Of a stretch of 64,000 nucleotides of DNA, positions 20,812-31,087 are shown piece after piece. The translations under genes were made by a program, and so were the position numbers. This DNA is from Halarcobacter sp. (GTDB lineage Bacteria; Campylobacterota; Campylobacteria; Campylobacterales; Arcobacteraceae). Numbering within the stretch: position 1 is the first letter of the stretch; each line of letters opens with the position of its first letter. A model generated the notes under the pieces. It saw only the letters and a program-made list of their open reading frames with translations, had not been told where the DNA came from and did no database searches. The stretch lies in NCBI GenBank assembly GCA_963676565.1, contig OY781089.1, positions 2,432,001 to 2,496,000 on the forward strand, written 5' to 3'.

Positions 20812-20898
20812 AAGAAGAGAAGAAAAGATAATTTCAAAATAATGAGGGGGGAGATGAGATTTTCTAGGGAAATTCTTCTCTTCTTTTATGTTTGGGAC
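20805..20898 (-). ncRNA. Candidate small RNA with 16-bp stem and C/U-rich loop
   Basis: Perfect inverted repeat 20809-20824/20873-20888 enclosing CTCATCTCCCCCCTCA on the minus strand; -10 TATACT at 20909-20904; ends are approximate. Confidence 0.55.
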
Positions 20899-21019
20899 AA
20901 GGAAGTATACAAATCCAAAATGGCCTAAACGTGACATATGTACTTCAAAATTAAAAAATGATACTCTCCTAATACCATTTCTAGATAAAATATCTTATCA
21001 ACTAAGATGAGGAGTAAAT

Positions 21020-23185
21020 TTGAATAATTCAGTTAAAAATTTAGTAAAAATATTTTTATCTTTATTTATAATTTTTGTTTTTATTCAAATTGCAATATCT
21101 TATTTTTATTTCAACCAAAGTAAAAAAAATCTAATCAATAATTCATTGAAAAATGAACTGAAAATAAAAAGAAAAATCTTTAGTGAAAATTTTATTACAA
21201 ATAGTCGTCATTTTCTTCTAGCCATACAAGACAGTAAAGTTTTTCAAAATTTTTTAGAAGGAGATAATTCTTATTTAAAAGAGAATGAAAACATTTTTTT
21301 AAGCCTTGCAAAATCTCATAAATATATTGACCAAGTAAGATATATTGATGAAACAGGACATGAAATAATAAGAGTTGATCAAGATAGAAAAACAAACACA
21401 ACTACTGTAGCAAAACCAGAACAACTCCAAAACAAAGCAAATAGATACTATTTTGAGGAATCTATTTATAAACCTGTAAATAAGATTTGGTTTTCACAAC
21501 TTGACTTAAATATTGAAAATGGTGAAGTTGAACTCCCCTATATACCTACTATTAGAGCAATACTACCTTTAGAGAAAAAAGATGAGTTTAAAGGTATTTT
21601 AATCATAAATTTCAATATATTAAAATTGCTTGAGCAAATAACTTTATCTGAAAAATTCAACTATATCTTAACAAACAAGAAAAGTGAGATTTTAATCCAT
21701 TACAATGATGATTATAATTGGAGTGAATACAATGATAATGAAGTAAAATTAGACAAATTTATATCCACAGACAAAAATGAAATCATTACAAATTTTGAGT
21801 ATTCAAATTCAGATTTTGCATCAATTTATATTTGTAATCAAATTAAAGACTCTTTGATATTGGTTGGTTTTATAAAAGATGAATATCTTCAAGCTTTAAA
21901 AGAAGAGCATATTCAAAGGGGATTATTAATTATCATTGCCATACTTTTAATATTTTTAATTATCTTTACCTTTACAAAAGTTAGATTAACTGAGATATTA
22001 AATAAATTAAAAAAATCAGATCAAATAAATGAAGAGCTTTCAGAAACACTAGAGATTAGTGAAGAAAACTGGAGAAGTGCTATTGAAAACTCTGGTGATG
22101 GACATTGGGATTGGAATACTTCAACAAACGAAATACACTTTTCAAAAAACTGGAAAATTATGTTAGGTTATGAAGAAAATGAAATATCTAATAACTTTTT
22201 TGAGTGGGAAAAAAGAGTTCACAAAGATGATATTAAAAGAGTTTTAAAAGAAGTTGATAAATTTATAACACAAAAAGATTATAAATATAAAGTAAAGTTT
22301 AGATTGCAAACAAAAGATGGTAGCTATAAATGGATTTTTGCACAAGGTTATGTTCTTAGAAAAGACAAAGAAGGAAATCCACTAAGAATAATTGGTACGC
22401 ACAAAGATATTACCACTGATATTAAAAATGAACAATTTTTAATAGATGAAGTAAAAAGAAAAACAGATGAAAACTTTAAACAGTTTCAACTTATCCAACA
22501 ACAAAGTAAATTAGCAGCTATGGGTGAAATGATTGGGGCAATCGCTCACCAATGGAGACAACCTTTAAATGAAATTTCTATTAGAATTCAAAAGTTAAAA
22601 TATGCATACAAAAAAAATGAAATAGATGAAGAGTTTATACAAAGTTTCATAAATAAAAATAAAGAAACAATCAACTTTATGAGTACGACAATTGATGATT
22701 TTAGAAACTTTTTTACAATTGACAAAAGACCTATTAGGTTCTCAATCAATGATTCAATTAAAAATGTATTAAGCCTAACAGAGGCACAACTAAAAAAACA
22801 AAATATCAAAATAGATTTGAATGAAAATCAAAATTTTGAAATAGAAGGTTTTAAATCTGAATTTGAACATGTAATTATGAATCTTATTTCAAATTCAAAA
22901 TATGAGCTTGAGAAAAGGGAAATAAAAAATCCTGAAATTATAATAAATATCAACTATTACGAGATTGAGTTTGAAGATAATGCAGGTGGCATTCCAAAAG
23001 ATTTGATAAATAGAATTTTTGAACCATATTTTACAAGTAAAGACCAAGGTGAAGGTACAGGGATGGGGTTGTATATGTCAAAAATGATTATTGAAGACAA
23101 TATGAAAGGCTCGTTAGAGGTTATAAATACTCAAAAAGGGGCTAAGTTTATTATTAGATTTAACAAAGAGGATAAAAGATGTTAA
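21020..23185 (+). CDS. Sensor histidine kinase (periplasmic Cache-like, PAS_3, HisKA, HATPase)
   Basis: 2 TM, QVRYID..G.E..RV, LQNK..RYYF, WDWN/W..RVH.DD PAS, IAHQWRQPL. Confidence 0.88.
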   Translation: MNNSVKNLVKIFLSLFIIFVFIQIAISYFYFNQSKKNLINNSLKNELKIKRKIFSENFITNSRHFLLAIQDSKVFQNFLEGDNSYLKENENIFLSLAKSHKYIDQVRYIDETGHEIIRVDQDRKTNTTTVAKPEQLQNKANRYYFEESIYKPVNKIWFSQLDLNIENGEVELPYIPTIRAILPLEKKDEFKGILIINFNILKLLEQITLSEKFNYILTNKKSEILIHYNDDYNWSEYNDNEVKLDKFISTDKNEIITNFEYSNSDFASIYICNQIKDSLILVGFIKDEYLQALKEEHIQRGLLIIIAILLIFLIIFTFTKVRLTEILNKLKKSDQINEELSETLEISEENWRSAIENSGDGHWDWNTSTNEIHFSKNWKIMLGYEENEISNNFFEWEKRVHKDDIKRVLKEVDKFITQKDYKYKVKFRLQTKDGSYKWIFAQGYVLRKDKEGNPLRIIGTHKDITTDIKNEQFLIDEVKRKTDENFKQFQLIQQQSKLAAMGEMIGAIAHQWRQPLNEISIRIQKLKYAYKKNEIDEEFIQSFINKNKETINFMSTTIDDFRNFFTIDKRPIRFSINDSIKNVLSLTEAQLKKQNIKIDLNENQNFEIEGFKSEFEHVIMNLISNSKYELEKREIKNPEIIININYYEIEFEDNAGGIPKDLINRIFEPYFTSKDQGEGTGMGLYMSKMIIEDNMKGSLEVINTQKGAKFIIRFNKEDKRC

Positions 23186-23928
23186 AAAAAATAGATACAA
23201 TACTATATGTTGAAGATGAACTAAATGTACAAAAAGAATGTGCAGAATTTCTAAATATGTTTTGTAGAACTTTAATCCTTGCAAAAGATGGTGAAGAGGG
23301 ATTAAAACTGTATAAAGAGATTAATCCTGACCTAATAATAAGTGATATAAAAATGCCAAATATGGATGGCATTGAAATGATAAAAGAGATAAAAGAGTTA
23401 AATTCAAAAGCTCCAGTAATCTTTACAACAGCATTTAATGATACAAACTATTTACATAATTCAATTAAACTACAAGTTGATGGTTATATTTTGAAACCAA
23501 TAGACCTAGAGCAGTTTGAAGAACTATTAATCAAAATAATTTATGTATTAAATTTGGAAAAAGAACAAGCTAAATTAAAAAACAAACTTGATAAAAATCA
23601 TGATAACCTACAAGCAATATTTGATTTTATTGATTATGGAAGGATGATAATAAACTATAGCTCAAAAATACTAAAAGTAAATGATTCTTTATGTGAAGTT
23701 TTAAATTTAAAAAAAGAGCAACTTATTGGTAAAAAGTGTTTTGAAATAGAAAGTTTAAAAGAGTTTCAAGGTGGTGAGGATATCTTTGATGAAATCATCG
23801 AAAAAAGAAAAATAAGAAAAAGAAAAATAACTCTATATAATTCAAAAAAACAAAGAAAAGATGCCTTAGTTGAAGGCTTTGTTCTGCCAAATACTGATGA
23901 GATTTTTTTATCTTTTGAATGGCTTTAG
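23179..23928 (+). CDS. Response regulator (REC + PAS-like C-terminus, no evident DNA-binding domain)
   Basis: ILYVEDE, SDIKMP.MDG, TTA, KP. Confidence 0.85.
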   Translation: MLKKIDTILYVEDELNVQKECAEFLNMFCRTLILAKDGEEGLKLYKEINPDLIISDIKMPNMDGIEMIKEIKELNSKAPVIFTTAFNDTNYLHNSIKLQVDGYILKPIDLEQFEELLIKIIYVLNLEKEQAKLKNKLDKNHDNLQAIFDFIDYGRMIINYSSKILKVNDSLCEVLNLKKEQLIGKKCFEIESLKEFQGGEDIFDEIIEKRKIRKRKITLYNSKKQRKDALVEGFVLPNTDEIFLSFEWL

Positions 23929-25928
23929 TGGGTAATTGTTACTTCAAAACATGCTCCCACATACTCTTTATTATTGTATGTAAAGTTTTTATTGTATACA
24001 TCTAGTTTAAAGTTATATCTTTCCCTTAAAATTTTATCGACCATAACTAAACCAAGTCCAGTACCTTGAGATTTATATTTTGTTGTAAAATATGGTTCAA
24101 AAATTCTATCTTTAATGGAAGAGTCAATTCCCCCTGCACTATCATATATTCTTAAAACTAAACTATTTTCATCTAATTTTTTTACTTCAATAAAAATATA
24201 TCTATCATCTTCATTTTCCACAAATTCTTTTAAAGCATCTTTTGCATTGTTTAATATATTAATAAAAGCTTCTGATAATTCATTTTTAGCTGCAACAATA
24301 CTTATATCTTCATCTATCTTTGTTATTAGTTTAATATATGAACTATTTAATGAACTTTGAACTAAGGAGATAGAGTTTTCAATAATATTTTTAATACTAA
24401 CTAAAGAAGTGCCCTTTTCATCCTTGATAAAGTTTCTAAAATTATCTATGGTAGTTGATAGGTAATTAGCTTGTTTCATAACCTCTTCAGAACAATGTAA
24501 AATCTCTTCACTACTAACTGGTATCTCCATATCTACTTTTAAACTTAGTCCACTAACATTTGTAGTTATTGCACTTAAAGGTTGTCTCCATTGATGGGCA
24601 ATATTTCCAATCATTTCACCCATTGAAGCTAGTTTTGTTTGTTGTTCTGCTATTTTTAAACTTGTTGTATCCCTAATAAATATCAAAAATCTTTGTTTGT
24701 TTGGAAGTAAAGAGATTGAATAATTAATTGGAATAAGCTTTTTATTTAAAGAGATACAATTAGCTTCTTGGTTTTCAATAACGCCTTTTTCTAAAACTAT
24801 ATTCATAGCATTTAAAAGATTCTCTTTATAATTTTGTACAAGTAAATTTAAAAAATTCATTTCAAATAAACTTTTCTCCTCACAGTCAAAAATATTTAAA
24901 AACTCTTTATTAAAATTGAATATATCAAGATTTTTGTCAACAACTAAAATTGCATCCCTTGAGTAATTAAAAATTGTTTCAAACTCCTCTTTTTGTTGAA
25001 CTAATCTCTTTTCATACTCTTTTTGTATAGAAATATCCCTCATAGAACAATAAACTAACTCTTCATCAAAGATTTTAATTCGTACAATACTTACAAAAAC
25101 ATCAAAAAGTTTTCCATCTTTTCTTTTATATTTTGATTCAAAATTAACAGGTTCAAAACTTGTTTTATTTATATTTTCTAAAACTACCTCTTCTTTATGT
25201 ATAGCTTCAAAATCAGTAACTTTAAAATTTAATAATTCCTCATCCTCATACCCAAGTACTTTTTTAAATAATTTACTATATTCAACAAGATTTCCTTCTA
25301 AATCAACAATAAAAATTGCATCTGATGAATTTTCTAGCAAATATTTATATTTTTGTTTCTCAAAAATTATCTCTTCTTCCAATTTTTTTTCAGCAGTAAA
25401 ATCTCTTCCAATACCTAAAACTCCAATTATTTTGCTCTCATCATTTAAAATTTTTGTTTTTGTAGTTTTCAGATATTCTTCATGTCCATCACTTTTGAAA
25501 GTTACTTTTTCAAAATTAGATAATGGAGTATCTGATTCCATAGCATTTTTATCATGTTCAGTGAAAAATTTTGCTAAGTCTTCATCTACAAAGTCAAAAT
25601 CTGTTTTCCCTATAATCTCTTCTTTTTTTGCACCAAAAAACTGCTCAAACCTTTTATTACACTCTAGGTATTTACCATTTTTATTTTTTATCCATAATAA
25701 GTCTGGAATATCGTTTAATATAGCATCAAACTCATTTTTTCGAAGTTCCATTTTTTTCTCAAAGCCTTTTTTCAAAACAAAAACAACAATTGATAAAATA
25801 AGTAAATTCAAAAATAAAAAAAGAGATATAGATTGTGTAGATAAAGTAATATTGTACTGTTTTAAATCAGCTGAAAAAAGAAAAAATGAAAGGAATAGTA
25901 GACTTAGGATAATTTTTATTTTCATCAT
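23925..25928 (-). CDS. Multi-PAS histidine kinase
   Basis: Three PAS repeats (GKTDFD...), IAHQWRQPL, DSAGG, GTGLGL. Confidence 0.88.
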   Translation of the reverse strand: MMKIKIILSLLFLSFFLFSADLKQYNITLSTQSISLFLFLNLLILSIVVFVLKKGFEKKMELRKNEFDAILNDIPDLLWIKNKNGKYLECNKRFEQFFGAKKEEIIGKTDFDFVDEDLAKFFTEHDKNAMESDTPLSNFEKVTFKSDGHEEYLKTTKTKILNDESKIIGVLGIGRDFTAEKKLEEEIIFEKQKYKYLLENSSDAIFIVDLEGNLVEYSKLFKKVLGYEDEELLNFKVTDFEAIHKEEVVLENINKTSFEPVNFESKYKRKDGKLFDVFVSIVRIKIFDEELVYCSMRDISIQKEYEKRLVQQKEEFETIFNYSRDAILVVDKNLDIFNFNKEFLNIFDCEEKSLFEMNFLNLLVQNYKENLLNAMNIVLEKGVIENQEANCISLNKKLIPINYSISLLPNKQRFLIFIRDTTSLKIAEQQTKLASMGEMIGNIAHQWRQPLSAITTNVSGLSLKVDMEIPVSSEEILHCSEEVMKQANYLSTTIDNFRNFIKDEKGTSLVSIKNIIENSISLVQSSLNSSYIKLITKIDEDISIVAAKNELSEAFINILNNAKDALKEFVENEDDRYIFIEVKKLDENSLVLRIYDSAGGIDSSIKDRIFEPYFTTKYKSQGTGLGLVMVDKILRERYNFKLDVYNKNFTYNNKEYVGACFEVTITH

Positions 25929-25991
25929 TAAACTTTTTTATATAATTATTATAATGCCTTAATAACTATAAATCCAAAATAAATTTTCCAC

Positions 25992-26039
25992 TCAAAAGAC
26001 ATTAAAACTATACAAAAAAACATACTTATTCAATAAAAT
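25992..26039 (+). promoter_or_regulatory. Cluster promoter motif, site A (SDR operon)
   Basis: TCAAAAGACA-N7-TATACA-N19-TAAAAT. Confidence 0.65.
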
Positions 26040-26057
26040 AAATAAAAAAGGTTTATC

Positions 26058-26813
26058 ATGGAAGCTAATAATAGAATTTGGATAATTGGCGGAAGTAGTG
26101 GTATTGGATTAGAACTAGTGAAGATATTATTAAATGAAAATCACTATTTAATTGTAAGCTCTAGAAATGCAACCACTAATGAAGAGTTACAAAAACTGCA
26201 AGAAAAATTTCAAGATAACCTTTATTTATTAGATTTAGATGTAAGTAAAGACAACTTCAAAAATGAGGTACAAGAAGCCTGGGGAGTATATAGAGGTTTA
26301 GATATATGGTTTTATAATGCAGGAACTTATGAAGTTATGGATATAAACAATTGGAATAAAGAGCACTTTATTAAAATGAATGAAACAAATTACTTAGGCG
26401 TTGTAAAATTAATGTGTGAGATTATTCCATATTTTAAAAATCAAGGTTTTGGAAAATGGATATGGAATTTAAGTCTTTCTACATATTTTGGCTTACCTAA
26501 AGGTGGTGGTTACTCTGCACCTAAAACAGCCTTATTAAACTTAGCACAATCAATTCATCCTGAACTTGATTCCCTTGGAATTAAATTAAAAGTTATAAAC
26601 CATGGTTTTGTAAAAACTAGACTTACTTCAAAAAATGATTTTGAGATGCCCCAACTTATGAGTGCAGACTATACAGCAAAAAAAATTAGTGAAGAGATGT
26701 TTGAAGATAAAAAATTTGAAATTTCATTTCCCTTTAAATTAAAAATATTTTTAAAATTTCTATCTATACTTCCCTATAAAATATCTTTATCTATTACAAG
26801 AAAGATGATTTAA
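26058..26813 (+). CDS. Short-chain dehydrogenase/reductase
   Basis: GGSSGIG, NAG, YSAPK (YxxxK), GFVKTRLT..NDF.MP. Confidence 0.9.
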   Translation: MEANNRIWIIGGSSGIGLELVKILLNENHYLIVSSRNATTNEELQKLQEKFQDNLYLLDLDVSKDNFKNEVQEAWGVYRGLDIWFYNAGTYEVMDINNWNKEHFIKMNETNYLGVVKLMCEIIPYFKNQGFGKWIWNLSLSTYFGLPKGGGYSAPKTALLNLAQSIHPELDSLGIKLKVINHGFVKTRLTSKNDFEMPQLMSADYTAKKISEEMFEDKKFEISFPFKLKIFLKFLSILPYKISLSITRKMI

Positions 26814-27232
26814 TGAGTATCGAAGAATATGCTTCTTTTTTTGAAAATATTCAAAAAGAGACAAAAAAACAAGAATATGAAAAGTTTTATAATGAAAAGG
26901 TAATATTTAAAGACCCTTTTCATGAATTAACAGGTACTGAAAATATATATATTGTTTTTCAAAATATGTTTCAAAACCTTGATAATACTAAGTTTGATGT
27001 AACAGAAATAGTTTCAAATAAAAAAATATCATATATAAAATGGAATTTTACCTTCTCATTTAAAAACAAAAAAGAGATAAACAAATTTACAGGAGTTAGT
27101 AGAATAGTCTTCGATGAAAATAACAAGGTTTTAATACACGAAGATTATTGGGATGCAGCACATAATATTTATGAAAAATTTCCAATATTATCAAGTTTGC
27201 TAAAATTTGCAAAATCGAAAATTCAGAATTAG
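26813..27232 (+). CDS. NTF2/SnoaL-like protein
   Basis: F.DPF, G.S...F, H.DYWD motif. Confidence 0.85.
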   Translation: MSIEEYASFFENIQKETKKQEYEKFYNEKVIFKDPFHELTGTENIYIVFQNMFQNLDNTKFDVTEIVSNKKISYIKWNFTFSFKNKKEINKFTGVSRIVFDENNKVLIHEDYWDAAHNIYEKFPILSSLLKFAKSKIQN

Positions 27233-27238
27233 TATATT

Positions 27239-28474
27239 ATGAACTATTATTATCCACTAATTGCAATGCCCCTTGCTATATTAGGCTTACCACTATATAT
27301 CTATCTTCCAACATATTATGCAGTTGATTTAGACTTAAATATTACTCTTGTTGGTGTGGTTTTATTTTTAGCAAGATTAATTGATGTAATTAGTGACCCA
27401 CTAGTTGGTTTTTTAAGTGATAAATCCCAAAGAATTTTAAACAGTAAAAAACCAATTATGTTTTTAGGCTTTTTAATCGCTTCACTTTCATTTTATGCTT
27501 TAATAAACCCAATCAAAGAGTATGCTATATATTTTCTAATATTCTTTTCTATTTTAATCTATTTAGGGTTTAGTATGATTATGATTCCCTATTTAACGTG
27601 GGTTTCGGAAATAAGTGATGATTATAATGAGATTAGTACATTAAATAGTAATAGAGAGCTTTTTACAATAATTGGTTTAGTTTTAGCATTAATTGCCCCT
27701 TTTATAATTGATTCTCAGGAACTTTCCCAAAAACTGAATCTACTTTTTTTATTATTTATCTTTTTGTTTACTCCTTTATTTTTAATAACACTTTTTAAAA
27801 TGAAAACAAAATTTATAAATGATCAAACAGAGATAAAATTAAGTACATTAAAACTAATTTATAAAGAAAAAGAGGATTATAAATATTTACAAATTGGATA
27901 TTTCCTAAATTGTTTAGCAAATGCAATTCCAGCAACACTATTTCTTCTATTTATACAAGTGGTTATTCAAGATAAAAACTCAAATGAGTGGATTTTAATA
28001 GTATATTTTGTTGCAGGAATAATTGCCTTACCCTTTTGGAATAAACTATCAAAAAGTAAAGGCAAAAAGCAAGTATGGGTATTATCAATACTTCTGGCTT
28101 CTATTAGCTTTATCTTTGTGATTTTTCTAAAAGAAGGGGATATTTTATGGTTTACATTAATCTCTTTTATAACAGGACTTAGTCTTGGTGCTGACATCGC
28201 TTTTCCAACTGCAATTCAAAGTGATGTTATTCAAAACTCAAAATATAAACAATTATCCTCTACATCATTTGGTATTTGGACTATGTTAACTAAACTTGCA
28301 CTTGCTAGTTCAGTTATGATAACTTTTTCAATTTTAGGACTAATTGGTTTTGATGAAAATAATATAAATCAAAAGATGATTTTAACACTCTCTTTACTTT
28401 ATGCACTTTTACCAGTTATTTTAAAACTATTCTCTTTATATTTTATTTTCAAATTTAAAGAAATCAAAAAATAA
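27239..28474 (+). CDS. MFS transporter (GPH/MFS_2 family)
   Basis: About 12 TM; ARL.D.ISDPLVG.LSD. Confidence 0.88.
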   Translation: MNYYYPLIAMPLAILGLPLYIYLPTYYAVDLDLNITLVGVVLFLARLIDVISDPLVGFLSDKSQRILNSKKPIMFLGFLIASLSFYALINPIKEYAIYFLIFFSILIYLGFSMIMIPYLTWVSEISDDYNEISTLNSNRELFTIIGLVLALIAPFIIDSQELSQKLNLLFLLFIFLFTPLFLITLFKMKTKFINDQTEIKLSTLKLIYKEKEDYKYLQIGYFLNCLANAIPATLFLLFIQVVIQDKNSNEWILIVYFVAGIIALPFWNKLSKSKGKKQVWVLSILLASISFIFVIFLKEGDILWFTLISFITGLSLGADIAFPTAIQSDVIQNSKYKQLSSTSFGIWTMLTKLALASSVMITFSILGLIGFDENNINQKMILTLSLLYALLPVILKLFSLYFIFKFKEIKK

Positions 28475-28478
28475 CCTT

Positions 28479-28527
28479 ATAAATAGACAAATTATTCATA
28501 CAAAAAAACTTCATTTGATTATAAAAT
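28479..28527 (+). promoter_or_regulatory. Cluster promoter motif, site B (lipocalin-ufa operon)
   Basis: ATAAATAGACA-N7-CATACA-N19-TAAAAT, followed by RBS AGAGGAG. Confidence 0.7.
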
Positions 28528-28547
28528 CACTTTCAAGAGGAGTTCAT

Positions 28548-29096
28548 ATGAAGAATTTAACATTCCTAGTAATATTTATGAGTATAGTTTCCTTAATAAT
28601 TTTGACTAAAACTCCCTCTTACGCCAAAGCCCCAGCCCCGGTAATTTATGTAAACCCCAATGAATTCAGTGGGCTTTGGTATGAAATTGCAAGAACTTAC
28701 AATAGTTTCGAAGAAGATTGTGTTGCACCAACAGTTGAATATAAAAAAATCACTGATACAAAACTTGAAGTATATAATAGATGTTTTAAAGAAAAGATTG
28801 GTGCAGATTTAAAAGAATATAAAGGAATTGTGGAACCTTTGGGTTCTAATGGAAATATGTCTTTAATGGAAAAAACATATTATTGGATTTTTTCTGAAGA
28901 GTATAGAATTATTTATTTAGATAATTATGAAACTGCAGTAGTAGTTGACAAAAATATGGAATATGTTTGGATAATGAATAGAAAACCAACTATAGAAAAT
29001 AAAAAATTAGGGAATATAATCTCAATATTAGATAACTACATTGATACTGATAAATTAATATTTCCTAAACAAGATAAAAATGGAAGATACAAATGA
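28548..29096 (+). CDS. Lipocalin (Blc-like)
   Basis: FSGLWYEIAR, two Cys, YVWIMNR. Start moved to ATG 28548 behind AGAGGAG. Confidence 0.85.
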   Translation: MKNLTFLVIFMSIVSLIILTKTPSYAKAPAPVIYVNPNEFSGLWYEIARTYNSFEEDCVAPTVEYKKITDTKLEVYNRCFKEKIGADLKEYKGIVEPLGSNGNMSLMEKTYYWIFSEEYRIIYLDNYETAVVVDKNMEYVWIMNRKPTIENKKLGNIISILDNYIDTDKLIFPKQDKNGRYK

Positions 29097-30343
29097 GTGA
29101 GAAAAAACTAAAAATTGCTGTAATTGGAGCTGGGATAAGTGGTCTTGGTTCAGCATACCTTTTGAGCAAAAAACATGATGTAGATATTTTTGAAAAAGAG
29201 AATAGGCTTGGAGGTCATGCAAGAACAACTCAAATTACAAATGATGGAAAACCATTTGGAGTTGACACAGGTTTTTTGGTTTTCAATCATCAAACCTACC
29301 CTCTTCTAACAAAACTATTTGAAGAATTAGATGTAAAAATAGAAAAGAGTGATATGAGTTTTGCCTTTTGGGATAAAACTTCAAATATTGCTTATAATGG
29401 TCAATCATTAAAAGGTATGTTTGTACAAAAGAAAAATCTATTTAATCTAAGCCACTATAAAATGATAAGTGATATTTTAGATTTTAATAAGAAAGCAAAT
29501 AGTGATTTAAAAACAAATTCAGCTGATTTGGATGTTAGTTTAGAAGAGTATTTAAAACCCTATTCAAAATATTTTAAAGATAGATATATTGTACCAATGG
29601 GAGCATCTATTTGGTCTACACCAACTCAAAAAATGAATGAATTTCCAGCTAGAACATTTTTAACTTTTTTCAAAAACCATGGCTTACTAGGTGTTGATAC
29701 ACATCACCAATGGTTAACCGTTAGCAATGGTTCTATAAATTATGTAAATAAAATCAAATCTAAAATCTCTGGAAAAATATTTCTTAATTCAAATATCATA
29801 TCAGTAAAAAGAGAAGATGGTAAGGTTTATATAACAACAAAAGAAGATGGTGAAAAAGAGTATGATAAAGTTGTTTTTGCCCTACATGCACCAGATGCAT
29901 TAGCTATTTTAGATGAACCATCAATTGAAGAATTAACTATTCTTTCATGTTTTAAATACAAAAAGAACAATGCGGTATTACACAATGATACTAAAGCTTT
30001 ATACCCTAATAAAAAATCATATGCAGCATGGAACTATAAAACAAATGGTGATGAAGAATCAGTTACCTTATCTTATTGGTTAAATCTACTTCAAAATCTA
30101 GATTCAAAAAAAGAATACTTTGTTTCTTTAAATGAAACAGATTCTTTAGATGAAGTGATTGAGAAAATCGAATACTCACATCCCCAATTTGACCAAAAAG
30201 CAATTGATGCACAAGAAAAAAGAGATCTAATTAATGGGAAAAACAATACTTACTACGCAGGAGCATATTGGAGATATGGTTTCCATGAAGATGGTTTATA
30301 TAGTGCAAATACAATAGCAAAAGAGTTTGGATGTGAGTTATGA
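29093..30343 (+). CDS. FAD-dependent oxidoreductase/desaturase (UfaD/RSP1091-like)
   Basis: IAVIGAGISGL, RLGGHA, VDTGFLVFN..TYP, AAWNY, GAYWRYGFHEDG. Confidence 0.85.
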   Translation: MSEKKLKIAVIGAGISGLGSAYLLSKKHDVDIFEKENRLGGHARTTQITNDGKPFGVDTGFLVFNHQTYPLLTKLFEELDVKIEKSDMSFAFWDKTSNIAYNGQSLKGMFVQKKNLFNLSHYKMISDILDFNKKANSDLKTNSADLDVSLEEYLKPYSKYFKDRYIVPMGASIWSTPTQKMNEFPARTFLTFFKNHGLLGVDTHHQWLTVSNGSINYVNKIKSKISGKIFLNSNIISVKREDGKVYITTKEDGEKEYDKVVFALHAPDALAILDEPSIEELTILSCFKYKKNNAVLHNDTKALYPNKKSYAAWNYKTNGDEESVTLSYWLNLLQNLDSKKEYFVSLNETDSLDEVIEKIEYSHPQFDQKAIDAQEKRDLINGKNNTYYAGAYWRYGFHEDGLYSANTIAKEFGCEL

Positions 30344-31086
30344 TACAGCATAATTACCTTGATGGCTCAATCTTTCATAAAAGATTTCATCCAAAAACCC
30401 ATGATTTTAAATACAAATTTTTTATGGTAGATATCGATTTAAACTCTTTCGAGGACTTAAATAAAAACAAATTATTTTCATACAATAGTTTTAATCTATT
30501 TTCATTTCTTACAAAAGATCATTTTGGTAAAAGTGATGATTTTTTAAAAAATGTTGATGAACTATTAAATAAATTCAAAATTAAAAAAACATTAAAAATG
30601 AGATTTATAACCCTTCCTAGAATCTTAGGTTTTGTCTTTAATCCAATTAGTGTACTAATTTTATTTGAGGAAAATAAACCCAAATTTATGTTTGCCGAAG
30701 TGCATAACTATAATGGAGGAAGAGTTGTTTACCCAGTTGAACTAAAAGAAAAGAATGAAAAAACCTTAACGGGTAAAACCAAAAAAGATATGTATGTTTC
30801 ACCTTTTTTTAAAAGGGATGGGGATTATAGTTTTGATTTAATATATGATGAAAATGATTTTCAACTTTCAATAAAACTATATGAAGATGGGAAAAAAGTT
30901 TTAGTTTCAAACCTTTTAACCAAAAAAATAGAGTTTAGTGATAAAAAAACATTAAAGATGTTTTTTAAACACACTTTATTAACTTTTTGGGTTGTTACAA
31001 GAACAATCTACCAAAGTATCAAATTAAGATTAAAAGGTCTTAAATGGACTCAACCAATTCCACAAGATCAAACAAGGAGAATATAA
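30340..31086 (+). CDS. DUF1365 family protein (UfaO/RSP1090-like)
   Basis: H.RF.P..H.F.Y, PRILGFVFNPIS, AEVHN, K.MYVSPF. Confidence 0.9.
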   Translation: MIQHNYLDGSIFHKRFHPKTHDFKYKFFMVDIDLNSFEDLNKNKLFSYNSFNLFSFLTKDHFGKSDDFLKNVDELLNKFKIKKTLKMRFITLPRILGFVFNPISVLILFEENKPKFMFAEVHNYNGGRVVYPVELKEKNEKTLTGKTKKDMYVSPFFKRDGDYSFDLIYDENDFQLSIKLYEDGKKVLVSNLLTKKIEFSDKKTLKMFFKHTLLTFWVVTRTIYQSIKLRLKGLKWTQPIPQDQTRRI

Positions 31087-31087
31087 A

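Noticed and set aside
20846..20851. G6 tract as a phase-variation site
   Set aside because: Short and intergenic; better explained as the C-rich loop of the sRNA candidate.
20752..20937. 61-aa minus-strand ORF across the sRNA candidate
   Set aside because: No RBS or protein motif, and it starts upstream of the -10 box. The RNA-structure explanation fits better.
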